Shown: positions 24,901 through 39,900 of the stretch, in pieces
Layout of the letters: each line of letters opens with the position of its first letter
Position numbering within the stretch: position 1 is the first letter of the stretch
Assembly: GCA_051362555.1 (NCBI GenBank)
Contig: CM120641.1
Span: 18,042,001 to 18,106,000, forward strand
DNA: 64,000 nt
Direction: 5' to 3'
Origin: Lingula anatina
Lineage: Eukaryota; Animalia; Brachiopoda
Position numbers and translations under genes: made by a program
Notes under the pieces: generated by a model
The model's database searches: none
The model's input: the letters and a program-made list of their open reading frames with translations, nothing else
What the model was told of the DNA's origin: nothing

Positions 24901-27900
24901 AAAAAGTTTGGGTTGGTTTTTCCCCACTCAGAAACTCCACAGAATAAATGCCTGACAACTTAGGCAGTTGGCTACCATGGTCAGCAAATCCCTGACCACA
25001 GTCCAGCTTGAGTCCATTACCGAGTACCTGGGATTTCTAAATTAGTAACTAGGTTGCTTTACCAGCTATTCCATGTACTACTGCACATATAGAGAAGCAG
25101 CTCAGTAGTTATTGTAAGGATTTCCACGTGTAAGTTCATTTAGTTATTAGCAGCACAGTGCAGCTAGTTGGACAGCTATGAAATGTTGCTTTTTTTTCTA
25201 CGTGGCTGATTGCTGGTGGTAGCAAAAACACTCCTTACAATAAAATTTATTCTTTGGCACTAAGTATTTTTTTTCCTTCTTAGAGATTATATCTTTTTCC
25301 AGGTCTTCTTTTCAAGCAATTTCATTTTCTTCTTGAACATTTATACTTTTTTCAGACAAGCATCCCTCCTTTCAAAAAATGTATATCTGAACAATATATC
25401 TCAAGATATCACACAAGAAGTCTGTTTTGTCCTTAGAATATTGTCAACTGGAAGAGTTGAGGTCTCCCAATTTTTTTACTATCCACTTGAAATCACACAG
25501 CAAGTGCTCTCCCAGTTATCTCTATGTTAAACAACACATAAATGATATACGGCCGTAACTACACATAGTATTGCATCCTTTAGCATCTTCAACCTTTTCC
25601 TTAAGGCAATGGTATGAGAGCACTTCCAACTGCCTTCTTATGCCACAAAATCTGTATTCCTTATGTTTTCCTCATACTAAACAGCATATGAATGAACTCT
25701 GATGACATTCCTTCTCCTAAGCAGATTTTTTTAAACCATGATTCTCTATCCACAGTCACTGACCTTTCCTGCTACTTCCAGCACCTGGTTAGTTCATTAA
25801 GGCGAGATGTTGAAATAGCAATAAATCCCAACTAACACTGGGGATTTTTTTTCTACTTTTTTTAAAGTGGATTTCAATGTTAATTCCTGCACCACCATCA
25901 CCACAAAAAGAAAATCTGATCCAGGAGTTGGTGAGTCCTGAAACAAACTTTTTTCAATTTGGTTCCAGAAAATGAAGCATCTCTCAACAAAATGGCTGTG
26001 GTCTAACGTTCCAGTGGTGGTAGCCACATACTTAGGTCAAACCACTTCTCGATTCCAGTATCCTTCCCTCTACCAAAACAACAAACTGACCTCAGTAAAG
26101 AATAGGAATTAGCAGTCAAAACTATAGCTCAGAGAGCCTGAGGGCAAAATCATTCAGACAAGAACTAAGGTCAAGAAAGACGAGCTGTTTTAGGAGCCAC
26201 TTCTGCGACACATCATGGAAAAAACTTCAAGCCATAGCCCTCATACGTCTCCATCAGTTTGTTTCTTACTGAGCCAGAAATCCGAGCTTGAGCATTCAGT
26301 GTTCTTGATTTATTCGAATTGGTAATTTACACGGGAGCTTGCATGGATTAACCCAATGTTATGTCAGCTGTGAAAAGGAGCAATGTAAAATGTTTGCCAA
26401 CTAAGTGTGCACTTGATGGATAGTATAAACAAAATTTGGTAGGCTTGTGCTGTAGTAATAGTAGCAGTGGTCCCCACTAGCTGTAGAATTTCTACAGAGG
26501 GGACTGAACTTTTTGTTCTTTCTTCTCCGAACACAATGCTATATATAATGGCCCTCACAATAGCATTCACATCACATCATCATCATTAAATTAATTATCC
26601 TCTTAGAAATCATGCGCTCATAAGTTTTGATGTGGCCCAAGCACAAAAATCCAAAGTGCAATCTTGAATACTACAACTTGTTTGAAAATCCTTGATCTAT
26701 TTTTTTTTTTATAAACTTAGTCCATAAACAACACAATCCTTATAGCATCCAGTGAAGAACGCCACTCTGCACAATTTTTCACAATTGAAGTTGAATATGA
26801 CACTCTCTTATCCCTTCTACCAACCAAAACCATGAAGAATACAACAATACAAGCATCCACAATGAAGAATCCCATTTGGCTTGAACCTCAATTTGTACTT
26901 GAACATAAAACTCTTGATCTTTTCTTCGAACTGAACCCACTAACGAGACAACAATTAAAGCATCCAGTAAAAAAGCCCATAATACTGTGTAGATATCTCT
27001 AGTTCTGAGGTCATGAAATGCATGTAGCTGTCATACAATTGTGCTTCATGTGCATCTATCACACTAATGGGAGAGCCCTATGGCATGTGTCAAGTACATA
27101 GTGGGATTCCTCAACATCTCTTCATGTATTTAAAATGTAATTTTGCATTCTTCTTATACTTTAATATCCCCCACTAGACAGATAAGACCTTGTGCTTGTG
27201 ACATATGTATGGTTACTTCATAACAAATATAAAATACTTTAATATCATCCAATGGACTGATAAGATCTTGTGCTTGTCAGTTATATATGATTACTTCATA
27301 GCAAATATTGGTCTCTGACAAAGCTATCATTCTGCATCAAGTACATTTCTTTTATAAAAACCTTAATGACTTAATAAAGCACTGCAGTTCTAGAGAAATA
27401 AATTAGGAGGTGATGCACAAGGTCTAACTCCATAAAATCCCTTCTCATCAACAGCTAAGAAATCACCCATTCCTGTGAAAATATCTACCATTTAGTACAC
27501 ACAAATCAAACCACAAGTTTTCCTTTCGAAAGGTGACAGAAAAACATTTTTTGTTATAAAAAATTATCACTTCCATTTTTCTCATTACACCTTGAATCAC
27601 ATTTCCACAGTGTTTTTATATCATAAATACGTCTCTCTAGCCAGCTTTCCAAAGCACATGTTATATATGCATTTAGGTTCTTATAATAATGATAACAGTA
27701 ATTGATATGCATCAAGAGAGCATCTGAAGATTAAAAACAACGCCCATCTGCACATAAATCTTTCCTCTTAAGACAATCAGCTAGCAACTTGCCATGTAGT
27801 TTTAACATAATAATAATAATAATAATAGTTCATCGAGCCACTTTACATCTCCGAGTTGAAAAATAACGTATCACAACATTGCTCCTTTTCAAAATACCTC

Positions 27901-30900
27901 AGCTGAATACTCTGAAATGCATGTTAAAAATCACCATTACTCACAGAACTTTCAACATCAAGATGAAGACCATCAATCCAAGAGTTTTCCCCTTTGTAGC
28001 TGCTCAAAGTGCAGATATGATGTGACACACAAAAGCTAGGCCCCATCAATCCAGGAGTTTACCTCACCACCACAGTGAACAGATGCCCAGATGTCAGATA
28101 TGGCAAAAGCATGGAAAATCAAACACCATCTGCTAGCAGGGACTGATGCCGTTTCTCATATGAGAGGACATTCAACCTTGGTGTGTTATCCCAGTCTACC
28201 ATCAGACAGGGTCAGGTGTAGCTTTTGGTTAAGAATAATGCTCACTGTTCTCATTACACAGACATATGAAAAGACCTACACATTAGGTCCTCCTTTTTTT
28301 TTCCTTGTCAAATTTTTATGTATCCTGTCATGTAACTTTTAAGACATATCTGAGACAACTGGGAAGTGTGGCTTCTCATAATTTTACTTATGCTGAACCA
28401 CTGGAACAATCCTAGTCTTGATCATAGAAGTACACAAGTAGTGTTTTCCTTCACGGTCTGAGTAAACCCCATGAAGCACAACAACTACACCATCCGCCCG
28501 CAACTTTCACAGGTATTACAACCTTGTTGATAATATGGACACCTTATTATCACAGGTCTCGACACCTTACTTGGTGACACAAACACCTTTAACTCTTAAA
28601 CCTGGAATATTTCCACAGGAACAACAGTGTGTTACATGTAGGTCCTTCGCCTGCCTATCGGCAATTTCTTCAGCTCTTATGTCCAGTCTCTGGCTGTTAA
28701 GACAACAGTCATTCCCACTTAGGTCAATAATTACTCTACGAGATGGACGGAATAAAGTTGGATTTGATACTTGATGCAGAAATCAATCCTGGGACTCAGT
28801 GCTGATGTTCTCTTTAAGGCAGCTTTTTACAGCGCATTCACTCCATCCTATTGTCCTTTCTTTCAATATATATCCATGTATTTGCCCCTTATTATGCAGA
28901 GAGTACACAAGGCTGCGTGTTGAGGACTGGTTTAATATCCTCGCATCCAGCTCCTTTTCACCACTCGTCCTCTAGTACATTAACTTCAATCATCAATGGG
29001 CGCTAACAGCAGAACAATGACTGATGGCGATATAACTGAAAAGCTGCCATTCAGTTATATGTATTCCAGACACCTGCAATGGTAACCTTACCCATGTTTA
29101 ACTCCAAAGGGCTCTCTGATCAACACCTGCTAATTATTATTAGTTTCTAATAGGTGATTGTAAGAATGCAAGCAATGACCATTGTGCTATATATGAGAAC
29201 TGAGGTATTAAAAAGCATGTCCAAAAAAATAAACAATATCAAAAAGCATCCCACCCACATTTCTCACCACTGACATATGGCAAAAGGGACAAACTTTCAA
29301 CTTCAGAGATGAGTGCATTACCTGTATCAACATATTGTCCCTTTTCCCTATAAAAGTAATGATTAAAAATTTGAAATCATGCCGTCCACTATATTAATGG
29401 CTTAAATGCACAGACTGACCCTTCCTTGCCCTCAACTCTCCTGTAATGAGTATTCTTAATCTGAGTATATTTTTATACCATGAAAATAACTTACACAACT
29501 GGAGTATCAAAGAGAAGGTTGCCTCTAATGGCTGTAATATTACATCAAAATCAACAATCACTCTTAACTCCTGCAGTTTTCTCACCTGTGTAACTTTAAT
29601 TAAAATTTTCCTGGACTGTAATACATAATGTTCTCCTTGCATGCTGAGAGAACTACTTGGGTTGATAGCACAAGAACATTTAGATACACATTTCAATGTG
29701 CATGATTAACCTTTAACATATCAGTCTTTTTTTTAACATATCTTTACCATCTATGCTATGGAGTCATGTGTGCATACCAATGCTTTAGTCCATTTATAAT
29801 GTCAAAATAGTATTGCTGTATCATGAATTCAACAATTTAAATCAGTTTTCAAACACACATCATACGATAGAGGCTAAAGAAACCAGTCAGCATTCTGAAA
29901 AAAAATAATAAGCCAGAAAATTAACCTCTTCATTAACAAGTCCCTCTTTTTGCTGTATCATTTCCAACTCGCATTTCCACCCCAAGTTAAATTGTAACAT
30001 AGTCCACAGAATAATGAGGAAAAATTAAAGTCAATTTCTCTTCCTACTATTTAATATTTGTCAATCTATGAATGCAAACATTGCACTTCCCTTGAACATT
30101 CTTTCAAAAATGTGCATAAATCTTTTTTTTTACCTTAAGTGATAAAAGGGTGAAGTCACACAGGGCCTGCCATACTACCAAATCCATTGTTATTATGTTA
30201 TTATATCATTCATTACATCATTCCGTGTACAGACACAAATCAATGTGGCATTGTTCTCAATGAAGCATGGTTCTCCAGACTGATAATTTCCTGGACATCT
30301 ATCTGCTATTTAATATACTATATCTGGTAATCCAAGCTCTTTGCTCTTGTATTTCAGTGAAAAGTGTGAATTTGTTGAGAAAAGTCAATGAAGCTGGCAC
30401 TTGTCCTGATTTTTTGTAGATTTTTTCTCTCCAACAAAAGGCTGGGTACTTGGAGTGCAGCTCAGGTTACATCCCAGTCCCATGAAACCTTTCATCCTTG
30501 AAATGTGAAATTATGTTTTGACAAGTTAGCTGACCTGCCATTTGTACGGGGAATTTTCAACCCCATGCTAGACATCCAGCTTCTCAATTTTTTTTACTGA
30601 ATTTTGAACCAATCAGGGCATCCTAGGCATGCTAGAAAGGTGAAATGGTATGTAGTATCTCACTGAGGAATTTTTGAGTAATCACAGACTAAAAATTTGA
30701 TTTGCCAAAGAAAACTGCGCACCACGGCCCCATTGACGTGTTGGCAATCAATTATCTTGGTAAAGACCTCTCCCTAGCTGTTGGCTATCAAAGTACTTTT
30801 ATACCCCTAAAAATAACATGATGCTTTTTCTATTGTCTTTTTTTCTTCTTTTTGTATTATATAACTTTCATGTTTATTTGTGATCATAATAGAAAACTCA

Positions 30901-33900
30901 GATAAGAACATCCAAAACCAAATAAGAACTGATAAAGATGAACTAAAATTATATGCAAATTGTGAGTCAAGATTTCATTTGTCTTATTTTTACAAAAAAT
31001 ATTTAAGAGCAAACTGTATATGAAATGGAAGAAGGATGCATCTTACACCAAAAAAGTCAGGGACTCCTTCGCTACAAAAACAACATTCTTGGATAATTTA
31101 GTAAATGTTTCAAGTTTGCAAACAAGCTACATACAGAAAATACTCACAGAATGTACCACTTCCTAGATATGAGACCTCATCACAGGCAATAACTGTAGTA
31201 CTGTTATATTTTCAGCTAATATCTCTTCCCCAAAATAATGAAGTAATCAAATGGCAGACAGTGGAATTTTTCAAAGCTGCATACTTATACCTTGCAGCAG
31301 TCAAAACAACACTCTATTTATCTCATATCAGAAAAGCCACATTGCCCAACTCACTTTGAGCCAGAGAGACCAACATTTCTATTTATCAAACGCACTCAAA
31401 TCTTTTCTCCTGTATACATTTTAGTGCATATGACCTTCAATTTATTTTTCAACATTTTTCACACAGCATGGCTTGCTTCTTATTACGGCTCAGACTTGAT
31501 ACAGTGACCAGCAGGTTTTCAAATGATAACAACCAACACTCTGTGGGCAGGCAATACACTGCTGCCACTTGTCTAGCCATAGTTTGTCTATACACAGAAT
31601 TAAAAACTATAATGATAAACATAGCCAAATATTCTGTATATATCCTGCCAAAATGAAATGCTGTCAATGTCTCAATCTGAAGTCTGGGTGTAATTTATCC
31701 AAAACTATTATAAAATGTATTTGCATTCCAACATGACTTACAGCCACAGCCAGTATTCAAACAATCCACATTTTAATTTCCAAGAACAATGCGAATACAC
31801 TTGAGTACCAAAGTTGTACCACTTCTTCCAAATGGCTAACCCAAGCTGTTACTTCTTACCAATAGCTGATATCTTTGAGTGCAGACAGCCTGGTGCACTT
31901 AAAATTTTCTCAACTTCACTAATCATATGTACTCAACATTAAAAAAATTCAATAACATTTATGATATTCATATGACATGCTTCATTATATTACCAATTAA
32001 TTACTTGTCTCTTTACAAGGGCATCTGAGTGGGTTTCAGGAGTAGATGTTGCAAAATCTCTGAAATTTCTTAACTAAGATCATGGCTGTCTAGACTAACA
32101 GTCTTCCATCCTGGCTGACAATACTTCATCCGGGCTGACAGTCCTCCACCCTGGATGACATTCCTCCTTCTTGGCTGACAGTCCTCATTCCTGGCTAACA
32201 ATACATCATCCTGGCTGACAGTCCTCAATCATGGCTGACAATACTTCATCCTGGCTGACAGTCTAGCAAAGTCAATTCGGGTGTCCAATAAACCATTCTC
32301 AATGAAATTCATCTTCCAAAGGATCAAGTCATCCTTAATATCCAGATCAGGTCTAAAGGATCACCTACCATGTTTTCTCCTCTACATATGGGGGCCAAAA
32401 ATAAAGACCCCCCCCCAAACCACCCTCTGTAAATAGTTTATTAAATCTCTAAATTAATTGTATCGGTTTAGAAACGTTCCTAGAGACTCACCTGTCGTGC
32501 CTCTGTTTCAAAATGACGCAGCTGAACGCACTGGTCCAACTTGATGCGCTTTGCTTCAGCAATGTCCTCTAGATCCATTTCCCTTTCGTGTAGATACTCT
32601 AGCAGAACTTGAACTCTGGTCTGAGCATCGTATTGGGAATCAGCCATCAACTGGATGCCAGAGTTTTCAAACAGCTAGAAAAGATAACACAATTATAATT
32701 CCCAATACAAGGTATGAAATAACAATAAGCTGAACATCACTTCTGTATTTTCAAGATTCAAAAACAGAGCACTTCCAACTGAACATAAAAGTGTGATTTA
32801 TTCAAGGAAAAATTAACCCTATCCCTAGAATAAGAACGCACAACCATGCAGGGAGGGCAAACAAAACTGTCACTGGGTGAATGTTTCTTTTTGTTTTCCA
32901 CATAGCTGCTCATGTCACAGCATATCCACAACATAGGAAGCACTAGTAAATGTCGCTGACATAGCCCAAAGCTTTCAAGATGTTCGCAAAAATTCAATCA
33001 GCACATCCAATAACGAAATTTTGTCAGTATCCCTGAGTATAACAACTATATCCCAGTCGACCCCTTCTCAGCACTTTGGTAAAATCCTCATATTCAATAT
33101 CAAAAACATCACCAAATTTCATGGAGATGGTTCACGTTCAGATTTCTTACAAAAGCGTTGCAATGAGGAGGAAAGCTGCAGATAGACTGGAACTAGGAGG
33201 TGCCAAAAGCCAGTGGTGCTCCAATACAATAAAACCAAAGCCTAAAGCTACAGAAGAGGAACCGCAGTCTAACTTTCTGTAGCAAAAATTACCCGTGTCT
33301 TGCAGAAAACAAGAAATATCATCCATGTTCAAAGCCAAGTATGGTCAGACAAGGCAGTGAAGACATACCATGCACAGAGGTTTGCCACAGCTCTGAGAGA
33401 GAAACACAACACTCCAACTACAAGAACCACTATCTCTTTTTGACCAGACTGTAAGCCGAGTCTTATTTTATCAACTTCAAGTGAAGTCTTGAATGTCAAA
33501 TCAAGCTTAATCAGGAACTTTGGTGATATTTCTATCAGAGTGAACCCAAAGTAAAGTGCACTTGATATAGAACAGAACCAACTCAGTGCAGAAAACAGGC
33601 AATGCTTTTTCTTTCTTTTGAAGTTTTCAAAGTGTCCTTACTTAAAAAGTGTGTCTACTTTATCTTCTTATTTTCATATGAATTATTTCTAAAAAAAAAC
33701 TTGTTTTCAAAATTGTTTTCCATACTGTCACATCTCAGATGACATAGCACAGTAAGCATGCATTGCAATTTGCCAACCATGATTGTGTCGACTAATATGC
33801 CTCAACTAGCACAATTGAGAAATATCAACTATCCAATCAGTAACAGCAAAAGCATTCAACTTTCAATATTTTATCTTATCCTTACTTCTGGCAATTTAAA

Positions 33901-36900
33901 AGTAAAATTCTCTCAAGAAGCAGACCATCTACCTTTACCTCAACAAGATATGCAACCGCCAACAAAAAATACTGAATAACACTAGCCCTGATAAAAAAAG
34001 GAATTCTTTTAGCACAAAAATCCATCTTGTTACTCTTCTCAAATCCCACAAACTCAAACATCTACCTGCATAGACAATAATAAACAGCCTTACCCTAAAA
34101 TATCAGAGGAGTTGGCATTAAAACACAGACACAGTCTTATACCCAAACACATGAATGCCTATAAATACATTTTAACTTGTATCTAAAACACTGTGCACAG
34201 TTTATCAACAAAGGTGTTAGGTCCAAAAGATCAGGTGGCCCCAAAAAAAACTACCTAAATGCTGCTAGCCTTCAGAAAAAACATTTTAATATCAATTGGT
34301 CACAAAAGCTGTAAAAGGTTAATTCGAGGTCCTATTTCAAAAAGTTAAAACAGGTTGATTTTGAGCACCTACTTCAAACTTGATTATGCATGCTAACATG
34401 ATCTGCTTTTCAATCATAATATGAAGGATAGATACCTAGAGTGGTACAAAAAGACATGACAGTTGAAGTAGGCATACCCATGTATATCCAATCCAGGGCC
34501 CCGTAACTCAAAAGCATCGCGCATTGCAAATAGCGATATCACATAGGGCTACTAGAGGAATCGAGACGCTTGCGCTCGGTCGCAATGCACAATGCTTTTG
34601 AGTGAAGGGGCCCAGGTTTCTGAGTTTTTAGAAGTCTGTGTTTTAAGATCAGTCCTCTTGTTCTTTCTAACCTAATTACCACCACACTACACTTACTGTG
34701 CAAAGCTCTTGTCCTCTGTGCAATACCTCAAAGGTGATGTTCTGCATGTGCATGACACTCTCGTTGTGCAGCTGTAACATGTGCTCTGCGTGATGTGCGT
34801 CCGTGCTCAGATCTACGTGCTGCAACTCCTCTGACCACATTTCTAACTGCGACGACACCTCCAATGCCTCACGTTCAAAGAGTCTTAGTTGTAAACACAA
34901 GTCAAGTTTTAGTTTTCTGGCATTCCATAAATTTTCCAGTTGTTTTCTACTGTCATCCAACTGCTTGATCACCCCTTTGGGAAAAAAGAAAATTCTGAAT
35001 AAGAACATTTTTTTACAATTTAGTGCTTTCAAAATGATTAAATTATATCTCAGTAGCAGTCAAATGTTCATTCTTAATAAATTCTCATCCATATACTTGA
35101 AATTTGTCAAAGAATTTTGCAACAATTGATCTGTTAATATCAGCATTATCATACAAGCAATAAGATAGTTATCATAGATTGTATAAAATTAACTGAAAAT
35201 TATTAAAATATTATTCCTGAGATAAGACCATACAAAGTGACCAGTAAAACATAGTCCTATGTAAAAATAAACTTTACCTTCAATCTGGGCATAATCTCCA
35301 TTGTCTGCCATATCTTCTTTTTGATAAATACTTCTGAAACCCAAAGCAATGCAATATTGCACTATAGTACAGAATATTTAGACAGCAACTAATCACAAAT
35401 AGTAGATGGAACAGTGAAAATAAATCCTAAGTGGTAGCACTGCACGAACACCAAGATTTAGTGTGATAATGTTTGTTAGAGAAACAATTCCAAAAAATCA
35501 ACCACTGTCTACAGCCAATTTCTCCTTTTGATATCACTTCAATGCACAAATAGGATTATTCAATAGCAGACCATTCAATCCAATTTCCCCTGCAACAAGA
35601 CTTTTAATGAAATAAAACACCCAAACAAGCACTATTATTTGTTCATAATTGAAATCCACTGAACATATTTCCCTCTAGTAACTTGTAGTAAATGCTGACA
35701 GGGTGGAGTAAAGAAACCCCACATATCAGTTCATTCATTTTTTTTTTTTTTTTTGCATTCGTTATAGCTTTTCTCTATTTATAAACCAATAGTTATGCCA
35801 GTCAAACAAAACATGCTTCTTTTCACATTTATAAATCAACCCATAATCTCTACTAGTCATATTACCATGAAAACATTTGTGTCCATCCAAGTATGCATTA
35901 ACTTAAAGTATTATTCCACAAGTCGTAAGCAGGATTAATAATATTCTTTACCACGAGATAAAAGGCTGTACTGAAGAGTGATTATACAGTATGGAACTGA
36001 TTCAATGAACCATGTGCAACATCAATTTATAATGCAATGAATGTGTACAATGTTGTATAGATGTCCTCCATTTTTTCAAGTACTATTCTTAACTTACAGT
36101 TGTAAGTATAGAATTGGTTGACAATACCTAATGATAAGCAACAGTACTTACATGCTGCTACAATCTTTTTGTCTATTCTATTCACTGACTATTAATATCA
36201 GATAGAAAAGGGTGGTAGAAGTACTAACTACCCATACAAACAGACGTCGCAACTACTTCATTATCACATTATTTTCATTATTATTTTTTATATGCATCAC
36301 AGTTCTTATAGTTATTACATGAATTATAATCCAGCAGCCCTATTACTGCACAAACTAGAAATCCACACAGAGAGGGCAGGCCTCCACCAAAGGAGCTCAT
36401 TGTCATAAGCATTAACTAACAAACAGATCACCACTAAAATACAATTGATAAACCCACTTCTGACCTAAGTTTTTACAAATATCTGTCCATTACTTTTCGA
36501 GTTAGGCTGTTAAATAACAAACCAACAAAGGCATAAACATATCATCCTTGGCAGAGGCAAAATCTATTTAATTTAAGCCAGCCACCCCACCCCGTCCCCT
36601 CCCCCTTTCAAATCCTCCTTGTGGTTTACCTGAGCTCTTCTAGTAAATGTTCTCCTTCACAAAGTGTGTTTATGGAAGCATCCTCTGTGGCACTTTTCTG
36701 CTGGTGGAACTGGCCTAGCAACTGCTCTGCTCCCTCCACACTGTCTGCTACCTCGGAACTCTGCAGCTCTTGTTTCAGATCATCAAACCAATCTGTTAAC
36801 TGGAATTACGTGAAGAGAAGCAAATGGTGAACATTTTGCAGAAAAAAAACTTTTTTTTCCAATTCAAGGTACCTCAACTTTCATTCCTGAGAAGCTATGT

Positions 36901-39900
36901 TCTTTTGAATATAAAATATTGTTTTAAAATTTAAATGGCACCTGAGGTACAGCTTCAATTCAATATGATATGTCCATATTTTTTTCTTTATATCTTTTTT
37001 CTATCCCTATTTTTGTCAATTCCTGGTGCCATAAAACAGTATAATGCATAACTAATGACCCAATCCCAGTGATTTTCAGCTAGATCAGTAATATCTGACC
37101 CTTACTGGCCCAAAGGGCCTGTAATAATGATATGCCCAATCATGACTTCTTCCTGATCTTGTCAACAAGAGTGGACAACTACAATTCAAATCAAATAATT
37201 CATGAAGTAATTTTAAAAGCAAGAAGTACAGAAGTTTCTCTGCTAAATAAATGAAACATTGTTTCTATTAGAAATGGTGACATAGTGTGGATCAAAATTA
37301 CGACCCTTAAACTGATTAAGGTTGTAGATATTAAAAACTACTGCATGTAGCCTGTGTAGCTGGGAAAAATGGACCTTCTTATGCCGCAGCAATAGAATTG
37401 ATAATTGCATCAATTTGAGATGCTCTAATTTGAGTCATCAAGGACCTGTTTTTTTCCCCAAAAAGAACTAGCGTATGTTGCTTTGGGTTCAATCAATATT
37501 TATTGTTTAAAAATCACGACTTTTCGTACAAACATGCTTTCCCCACATTGTGTCTTGTGACATGTAATGCACAATACCTGGTGGTGCAAGAATCATAAAT
37601 ATAAACAACACTCACTATCAATAAGAAAAGAATGCTTACTTCTTTGACATGAGTGTAAAAGTTCACTGTCATATCAAGGAGATTCCTCCTCTGTTCTACC
37701 CGTGTGAGGAAGTTCTGCATGCGCTCCTCCAAGTCGCGTGCTTCATTGTAGATTTCCTCCGGATCACACTCTCCGGTTTGAGCAAGTTCATCTGCAGCTG
37801 CAAGAAGTTTGTCTGCATTGGTAATTGTGTTCTGAAAATGGAAAGACAGTATTGCATTAAGTCATTGTGTGTTAAATTGCAATACAGGTAAACACATGAC
37901 ACCTAACAATAAGAGCTGCGTTTGTCTAGATAATGGCCAGAAAATATATAATAATCATGAAAATAATCATGAAAATTGCTGTGCTTTTGTTGTCACTGCC
38001 TTTTAACCTATAAAACAGGTCTAATGACAAAGATGCTGGCATTCTGTAAACTACACTGCATTGCCAATTCATAAAATAAGCAACATGAAAAGAAACGTCC
38101 CAATCAACCAAATACAATCTCATTATATCCAAACTCCAAAGTTCCCCTACTGCATGCAAACTCTCCAGTTAAGGGAAGCCATCTTAAGATACACTACTTC
38201 CTTCAACTTCAATCCCCCATCTTTTTCAGTCAAACAAACCTGCCCACTAAAAGCCTAGAAAACATCCAACATCTCAGAGCCAGGTAGGCTGGCAGGGGAC
38301 CAGATTGACAATCACGTTGTGTAACCTCTCAGGTGTGAAGTGCCTTCAGGACTGGGAGATCCCCCACCACTGTGGCCTATTATGTACCTAATGCCAACTC
38401 GGCTCTTGATTTATGGTAGAAACACTTTTAAAACAGAATGATGAAATTTCAGCTATCCAAAGTAATGACAGAAAATTGCCTTGATGCTGGCTTTTTTCAT
38501 TATGTTGATCATTTATAAATAGTTCGAAATCTGGTTGACATAAAAATGTCTGTTTTTCCCCTCCATGCTTGTTGCAGGACATTTACCATAATTGTGGTTT
38601 AAAATTCAGAATAAGATACATATTTCTGGTTACTTGAAACTTATTATGAACATTTTTTTGGCAACCAATCATTCAAAACAATGCATGCCTAAAAAGAGCA
38701 TTACAAACAAGAAGTATCTGAGCTATGTATCTATCATTTAAGATAATGTCCTATTTTCTGCCCTTAACTATAGTTTTATTTAATTATGGGTTTATTAGCT
38801 TTATTATATTAACTGTTAATAATAGACATATATTAAAAGACAATTAAAAATTCTTCTAATAATGAATTCCATTTAATAAAATAGACAAGCAGTAGAAAGT
38901 TTTTTTTACACTGACTGCCTGAAAGTGAATTAAGCCAAATGCTTTCTAACTGTGCATAGGTCATTTTAATGGCATGTCAGATATATTTGAAATATCAAGC
39001 ATTCTCTACCTTTCCATTAACATCACTGTAATACCAATCTCAAACTAAGAGCCCATTCCCATAGACACCATCAGTCTACATGTCTCAACCCGACTCTGCG
39101 GAGACTCTCGCCTGACCCCCATTCCTTGAAAATATTAACATGCCTCCTCCTTGGGTTAAGTAGAATACAGAAAAACTGGTGATTATAATAATACATTGGA
39201 AACAAATGGGTGTGTCATTCAGTTGAGCTGATTGCACTTAGCGAGAGTCCCTGCAGAGTTGGATCGATCCACGCAGACTGATGGTGTCTGTGGCAATGGG
39301 GTCTAACAGAGCCTGTACATCTACTGTATAACTGCTGGCAGAATGTTGTGCCAGGCTAACAGAATGCATACTGGTACACTACATTATCTCAGCTTATCAA
39401 CTGTATAATTTGACCTAACAGACCTTATTTGTTGTTGAAATCCTATTCAATCAGCCACATCAATGTTCTCTGCTTTTTCCCCTCAATACTTTTCATTACC
39501 ATAGCTATACTCTCTCTCGTAAGTTTAAAATAACACAAAAATGTATGGGTAGAAAATGTGTAACAAAATGGACAATTTGCTTTTTTTCCATCTATGTGGA
39601 AAAAATTCAACCATTTCAATATTTAATATCCTGTCTAAGCATAAACGTTCTCACCTTTAAGACTTTCAGATGTTAATCCCTTCCTTCAACTTCAATCCCT
39701 TATCAGCTTGCAAACAGATTAAATCAGCCATTTTAAGAATAAAATCACATCACAACCTATTTTCAAGATTTTCAAATGAAAAAAAAAATACAGCCCATCA
39801 TGTCATGGCCATAAAAATAACCTTAAAAAACAACACCATCCCCAGCTGTCAAATCACATGGCTATAAATATCATCATTTGAAAAAACTAATGTGATCTGC

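Noticed and set aside
13545-32263. Regularly spaced short repeats at 13545-13706 and 32094-32263 as CRISPR-like arrays
   Set aside because: Eukaryotic intron, no unique spacers, no cas genes; ordinary minisatellites.
38288-38316. ctggcagggga...atcacg resembles the U1 snRNA 5' region
   Set aside because: Lacks ATACTTAC, the later stem-loops and the Sm site; too short.
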